Positions 57,652-64,000 of a DNA stretch of 64,000 nt are shown one piece after another. Within the stretch, counting starts at the first letter, position 1, and each line of letters starts with the position of its first letter. The notes below the pieces were generated by a model, which saw nothing but the letters and a program-made list of their open reading frames with translations, was not told the DNA's origin and did no database searches. The stretch comes from the human T2T-CHM13v2.0 reference genome, Homo sapiens, in NCBI RefSeq assembly GCF_009914755.1, contig NC_060925.1. The stretch is one strand, 5' to 3'. A program made the translations under genes and the position numbers.

Positions 57652-58014
57652 TGTGTCAAGCATTTATCAATAGTGTAGTGCCTGCAACATAGTAAGTGCT
57701 CAATAAATGTTCGTTTATATCATCATTGTGGCCATTTATTAATAATTGCTGTGACAGCCATAAGCAAGGGGAAGATACCTAACCTGGCCTATTAGGGTCA
57801 GAGAAGCTTTTCTGGAGAAGAGATTCTTAGTTGAGTCTTTAAACATGGGTAGACCTTGGCTAGGTTGAGATGCAAAGGAAGAGCATCTCAGGCAGAGGGG
57901 AACAGCATGTGCCAAGGCCCGGAGGCACTGCCCATGATGTGAACTGCAGTAGTTCTGGGTTCCAGGAGTGTCGCCTGAACATTGTGGAGCGGGGAAAGAT
58001 GCAGCTTGGGGAGG

Positions 58015-58545
58015 TGTGGGAGCAGCCTCCCAGTGGTGTCCTGCCCTGTGTCATCCCGCCCTGTGTCATCCCCTCCCATGCTGTACTGGGGCTGGTCTGT
58101 GTTGAGACCTGGTAGAGGGAATGGAATGTCACTCTCAAGGCTCATTCCTCAAAGGCACTCTGGTGTCCTCCTTGCTGTCTTGCTTTGGGATCAATTGCTC
58201 TGGGGGAAGCCAGCTGTCATGTCAAACAACCCTATGGCGAGGCCCTTGTGGCAAGAGACAGAGGCCTTCTGACAACCACCAGCAAGGAATGAGGTCTCAG
58301 CCAGTGGCTGTGAGAATCAGCCATCTAAGGAGTGGGTCCTCCAGCCCCAGTCAATCGTGTGTGGATGGCTGTAGCCCAGGTGACGCACTGACTACAACTG
58401 CATGAGGGCCAGGGCCAGGGCCAGCACCACCCAGCCGGCTGCTTTGTTGTCTTAACTCACAGAACCTGGGGGAGACACTGTTTCTTGTTGTTTTAAGCGA
58501 CTACATTTTGGGGCAATTTGTCACAAGCAGTTGATAACTAATACA
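58015..58545 (+). mobile_element. MLT1F-like LTR
   Basis: tgtgggagcagcctc...gctctgggggaagccagctgtcatgt...ttgttttaagc...gataactaataca. Confidence 0.7.
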
Positions 58546-60129
58546 AGTAGTTAGCAGAGCTACTAACACGTGAAGGGTCTCATGGGAGCCCTTTAAGTGC
58601 GAGCTGAAGGTCAGATTTGTGGGTTAGGAAGATCACTCTTTACAGCGTAGAGGACGCGTTGGGGAATGAAAAATAGCTGTTAGTTATTGCTCATTTATTA
58701 TGTTCCGGGCACAGCTCCAATACAGCACACGTGTTAGCTTATTTAATCCTCACAACAACCCTATCAGGTACATACTATTATTATGCTAATTTTGAAGATA
58801 AGAAAATTGGAAAGGTTGGAAAACTCACTCCATATCACACACCTAATAGGTCACAATGATGCTGGATTTTGCATGCATGCAGTTTCTTAACCTCTCTGGA
58901 GGCCAGGGGCCCAGAGATGAGAAGGGCAGGAATGGATGCAGGACAGAATGAGACACGAGGGGTGCTTGAGAATTGGACTTGGCACCTGCTTGGACGGACA
59001 GTGAGAGAAAAGGAAGCCACCTGCATGCAGGTTCCTGTCTTTGCCTGTGTTCCTGTCTTGGGCCCAGGGTGGATGACCCAGGGTGGGCCCAGAACCTGAG
59101 ATGGGGAAACCATAGCAGGGGCAGATTTGAGGCAGAGCAAGGAGGTGTTTTGGGATGTGTTGAGATTGAGATGCTGAAGTGCATGTAGGTAGCTCAAGGA
59201 GATGCTAGGGCTGGAGAGCCCTCATGCCCTACAGCCCCGTTAGCTCTTATCAGACCACATGTGCCTGTTTCCCCGACACCTTGTGTCATTCCCATGCCTT
59301 GTGTCTGTGCTACCTCCAGTCACCCAATGCCGAGCATGCAGCTTGGCCCATGGCTGTGCCCTGGGGATGTACACGGAGGGGTTCACTGAGCTCCGGGTCT
59401 TGGGTCTGGTGCTGCGGGCTGCTCTGAGGTGGGTGCAATGGGAAATGCACAGGGCAGCGGGGAGCTTGGAGCTGTAGAGCATATCCTGATGGTGTGCCCA
59501 GGAGTGTGGCTGGGACCAGCGTCTTCACCTCGTATGCTGTTCTTCCCAAACTGACAGCTGCCTGCTCCTTCCCCAGCCCAGGGACACCAGGCCTGGTCCC
59601 TGGAGCAGCTCAGTGTGTCTCATGGAGTGGCTGCCCAGGGCCTGAGCTCACAGAGCAGGGCCTGGTTCCTGGCTGAGGCTGAGATGCACAGTCACCCTGG
59701 GCCCAGGGGCCGGGTCAGAGGGTGTTGGGAGAATACCTTCCCCAAGAGATCTTGAGGCTCTTTCCATCACCCCTGCCCTCCAGGGTCAGAGCGCTGCTTT
59801 TGCATCTGTGTCCTGTGTGAGTCCAGAGCTGCTCTGTTGCTCCTGCCCATGCTGGGTTTGATACTGCGGTTCCATGGAGCAACTTGCCAGGACGGACAGC
59901 CAGGCTCAGATGGGCAGGTTCCCTTCCCATTCACGGGAGCTGGCAAAGACCCAGGCCTAGCACCTGCTGAAAGGCCCCTCAAGTGGCTGGCACCAAATCT
60001 TTGAGCGGAGCTCAAGGGAGCCCCATTGGCAGCCCAGGGCCTGGAGAAACTTCAAAACACAACAAGAGGCCTAGAAAACTCTTCAGAGCAGAGATTCCAA
60101 ATAAGAGAGTGGGGAAGGGAGGGAGAGTA

Positions 60130-60632
60130 GATTTTGCTCCCTAGGGGACAGTTGGCAGTGCCTGGAACCATTTTTGGTTGTTACAATTAGGGGTGGGGGT
60201 GCTACTGAAATCTGGTGGGTAGAGGCCAGGGATGCTACTAAACACCCTACAGTACACAAGATGGCCCCACTTTTTTTTTTCTATTTCTATTTTTATTTTT
60301 TTTGAGGAAGAGTCTTGCTCTGTCACCCAGGCTGGAGTGCAGTGGCACCATCAGGGCTCACTGTAGCCCCACCTCCCAGGCTCAAGCGATCCTCCTGCCT
60401 TGGCCTCCCCCACCCCAAGCAGCTGGGACTACAGGCGTGTGACACCACGCCTGACTAATTGTTTTTTGAATTTTAGTTAAGACAAGGTCTCGCTAGGTTT
60501 CCCAGGTTGGTCTCAAACTCCTGAGTTCAAGTGATCCTTCTCCTTGGCCTCCCAAAGTGCTGGGATTACAAGCGTGAGCCACTGCACCTGCCAACAGCCC
60601 CACTTTCAATGATGCAGAGGTTGAGAAGCCCT
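60130..60632. mobile_element. MER20 interrupted by AluJ
   Basis: ttttgctccctaggggaca...gggtagaggccagggatgct...aggttgagaagccct. Confidence 0.8.
60271..60593 (-). mobile_element. AluJ
   Basis: TSD gccccacttt; J-type diagnostics. Confidence 0.9.
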
Positions 60633-61429
60633 ACTTTGGGGGCCCAAAGCTGCAGGGGTGGGTAGCACTGCTCTGCAAGTCCAGGGGATGTCATGAGGCT
60701 CTATGTGGAAGTGCGTTCCCCCAGCCCTGCTCCTGGGACAGGACCCAGGATCTCAAATCTGCTCTCATCTGAGGCAACAGCTCAGACTTCAGAGAAGACA
60801 GACAGCCACAGTGCTATAGGGGCAGGCCGCCTGCAGCCATCCCTTCTCCTACCCCATCCCACTTTGGCCTGGGGCAGAACTTTTCAAACTCTGTTTCCAG
60901 AGCCTCCCTATGACCCCAGAGCGGGAGCTGAGTGGGTGGGGTCTGGGGTCCTCTGCTCCCTAGCTACTCTTTTTATTATTTTTAAATTTAAGGGCTATCT
61001 AGAGAGTGAGTATGAATTTTCAAGCCACGTACTCTGGTGTGCAAAGAACTGTAACTTTATTTTTCTGTCACGGAACTGAATTTCCGTCCCAAGTTCCCTT
61101 TCTGCCCGAGGGCAGAAAATGTAATCTCAGACAATTCCAGGTAAACTCAGTCATTTCAGGTTTAAGCTCAGTTGATCTGGGACTTCCTTCCGTTCCTGCT
61201 GCTCGGGATGCCATCTAAGTTCCAGGGCTGTTGTGGCATCTGCAGGCAGTGCCCGGTGCCTCGTCCTCAGCTTCTGTCCACAAGAGCTTCTGCTGGGTGG
61301 GCAGTGGCCAGCCTGGCCCCTCAGTGGGGTCACTCCTTCCTGGAGCCATCTACCTTCCTAGCTGGTCTCCAGGAATTAGGTTTGTGCCTCATTTCTGTCT
61401 CTTGAGGAGTAAGACAGGGAAGAGGGTGC

Positions 61430-61545
61430 TCTCCTCCTCTTCCTCCTCCTTCCTCTTCTTCCTCCTTCCTCTTCTTTCTTTTCCCCAATCCCTTTCCTCT
61501 TCCCCCTCTTCATCCTCCCCTCCCTGCACCTCCTCCCCCTCCCTG
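61430..61545. repeat. (CCT/CTT)-rich low-complexity tract
   Basis: Polypyrimidine run. Confidence 0.85.
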
Positions 61546-62198
61546 GTAGAATGTAGCAAATCTCTCTGCTTTTCAGTGCAGAAGCCCAGAATTTAACCCC
61601 CATTCCCGAGGGGCAGCAGCCTGCTCAAGTTCTGTTTGCAAAGCGCTTTGGGATTCATTGGCTGGTTTCAGACATCTCAGGTGAGCTTTTCGGGGGCAGA
61701 GCTCTGAGCTTTTGCGTAAGAAGCCATGTTTACCCAGGAGTTCTGCCTCTCCACTCATCCACCATCTAGAGGCTCTGCTGGAGAGGCTGCCCAGGCCTGG
61801 AATTGTGCTGAGCTGCTTGAGGAAGCCAGGTACCCTGGACACACAGAGGAGGCGGGGAGGAGACACCTGCCTTTCTCCAGGAGGGGAGACTGGGACTCAG
61901 AGAGGGATGGACATTTGTCAAGGTCATTTGGCAGCAAAGTGACAAGGCTGGCTTAGCATTCTCAGTGGCTAGGGAAGGCAGGGAGGGTGGGGTGGCATTT
62001 GTGGAGGGGAATGAAAGTAGAATCTGCACACGTCAGTCCAAGCGAATGCCCCGAAAGAGATGGGCCTCTGGCTGCAGCAGTGTAGACTCCCCTTCTCCCC
62101 TCTGCCCTCCTACGTACTGGGTGCCACAATCTCTTAATCCTCACAGTACATCTACGAGAGAGACATTGCTATTCCCATTTTACAGGTGGAAAGACTGA

Positions 62199-62613
<415 letters not shown>

Positions 62614-63173
62614 TAAATAATTCTGAAGTATACAAAATATTAATAACCTTTATTACCTTTCTTCCATTTTCTGTTCTGCCAGTGTCTCTTCCCAGAGGTA
62701 AACAATCTCCATCCACACCTATAAATATATACAAACATATACACACGTATTTGGGGGCACTGGGAAAAATGTGGGGTGCTGCTGTCTTCTCTGCAACTTT
62801 GTTTTCACGTTAATATGTTTTTTCCTCAACAATATATATTTTGCTTTACAATATATTCTGGATACCTCAGGTCAATAACACAGATGTCGGTGATTGTTTT
62901 TAATAGCGTTTTAGTAGCCAGTAGCATGCATTAGTGTAGTTATTCAGCCAGCTTCCCTTTCGATGCACGTCTCGGCTGTTTCAAGGTTTCCATTCTCACA
63001 GTAGTGCCACGTGGAGTGGGTGTCCACTGATAATGGTACTTTGATGTCTGAGGATCGATTCTAGACGTGGGACTGCGGTCAAGGGTTATAAACATTTTAT
63101 GTTTTCATAGATTCCAGAGGCGGATTTGAATCCCAATATGTCTGACTCCAAAGCTCAAGGAAGACCCAGGGTA

Positions 63174-63490
<317 letters not shown>

Positions 63491-64000
63491 CCCAGGGTAA
63501 AAGATGAGGGCACGACCCATGGACACCATCCTGGCATCCAGACCTCCTGCCCCAGCTGGTCTGGAGCCTCTGACCTAGGCGGCAGGAATTCAGGCATCCT
63601 AGCCTGGCATGAGCTGCTAGGCTGTAGGCTGCAGCCATAAGCAACCCCCATTCAGAAACAGCCTCCACACGCACAGCCTCATCCGTCCTCAGAGGCAGCC
63701 TGTGAAGTGGGAAGGGAGGCGATTGCCATTCCATTTCCAAAAACTCCCAGGTTGCAGAACGGCAGGAGGAGGGGCAGGTCTGGCAGAGATAGATTTCCAG
63801 GCTGAGAGTAGATTCGGGCCGAGAGTAGAGAGGAGACTTACCCAAGGCCATGCGGCTTGTAAGTTGGACCCAGGAGTAGAACTGGCAAGCCAGGGTTTTG
63901 AATCAGTATTTGTGGGGTGGGGTGGACTCTGTGTGCTCTCTTGTGGACCTCCCGACACTCTGCCATGGCCTGGTCCAGCTGTGGGCTCTGCACCGCCACG

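Noticed and set aside
58040-58075. Short tandem duplications (gccctgtgtcatccc x2; also gagttttaaatgg x2 at ~32190)
   Set aside because: Ordinary slippage-size duplications, common genome-wide.

Overview
Primate (very likely human, 1p36.13) genomic DNA; no prokaryotic-type systems. The only supported protein-coding gene is ACTL8 (actin-like 8, a cancer/testis gene) on the + strand. Its two coding exons (30372-30743 with ATG at 30396, and 33154-~34450 with stop at 33906) splice to a 366-aa divergent actin, and AATAAA lies at 34427. About the first 30 kb is the distal part of the long first intron; exon 1 and the promoter are not identifiable here. About the last 29.5 kb is 3' intergenic DNA. 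The rest is mostly Alu, L1, L2, MIR, MaLR LTRs and DNA transposon fossils. Most interesting unexplained structure: (1) several short local templated duplications, inverted and direct, 130-170 bp and 0.7-2 kb apart, some with fold-back scars; (2) a ~103-bp minisatellite born at a FLAM/Tigger3 junction; (3) a stop-free 3n start-codon exon flanked by inverted Alus, a candidate circRNA with an endless ORF; (4) a sense THE1-type LTR in intron 1 whose ATG and splice donor would join exon 2 in frame; (5) homeodomain/TCF motif-dense non-repeat islands. Repeat subfamily names and reference comparisons are from recalled consensus sequences, not database searches. All functional claims are hypotheses.
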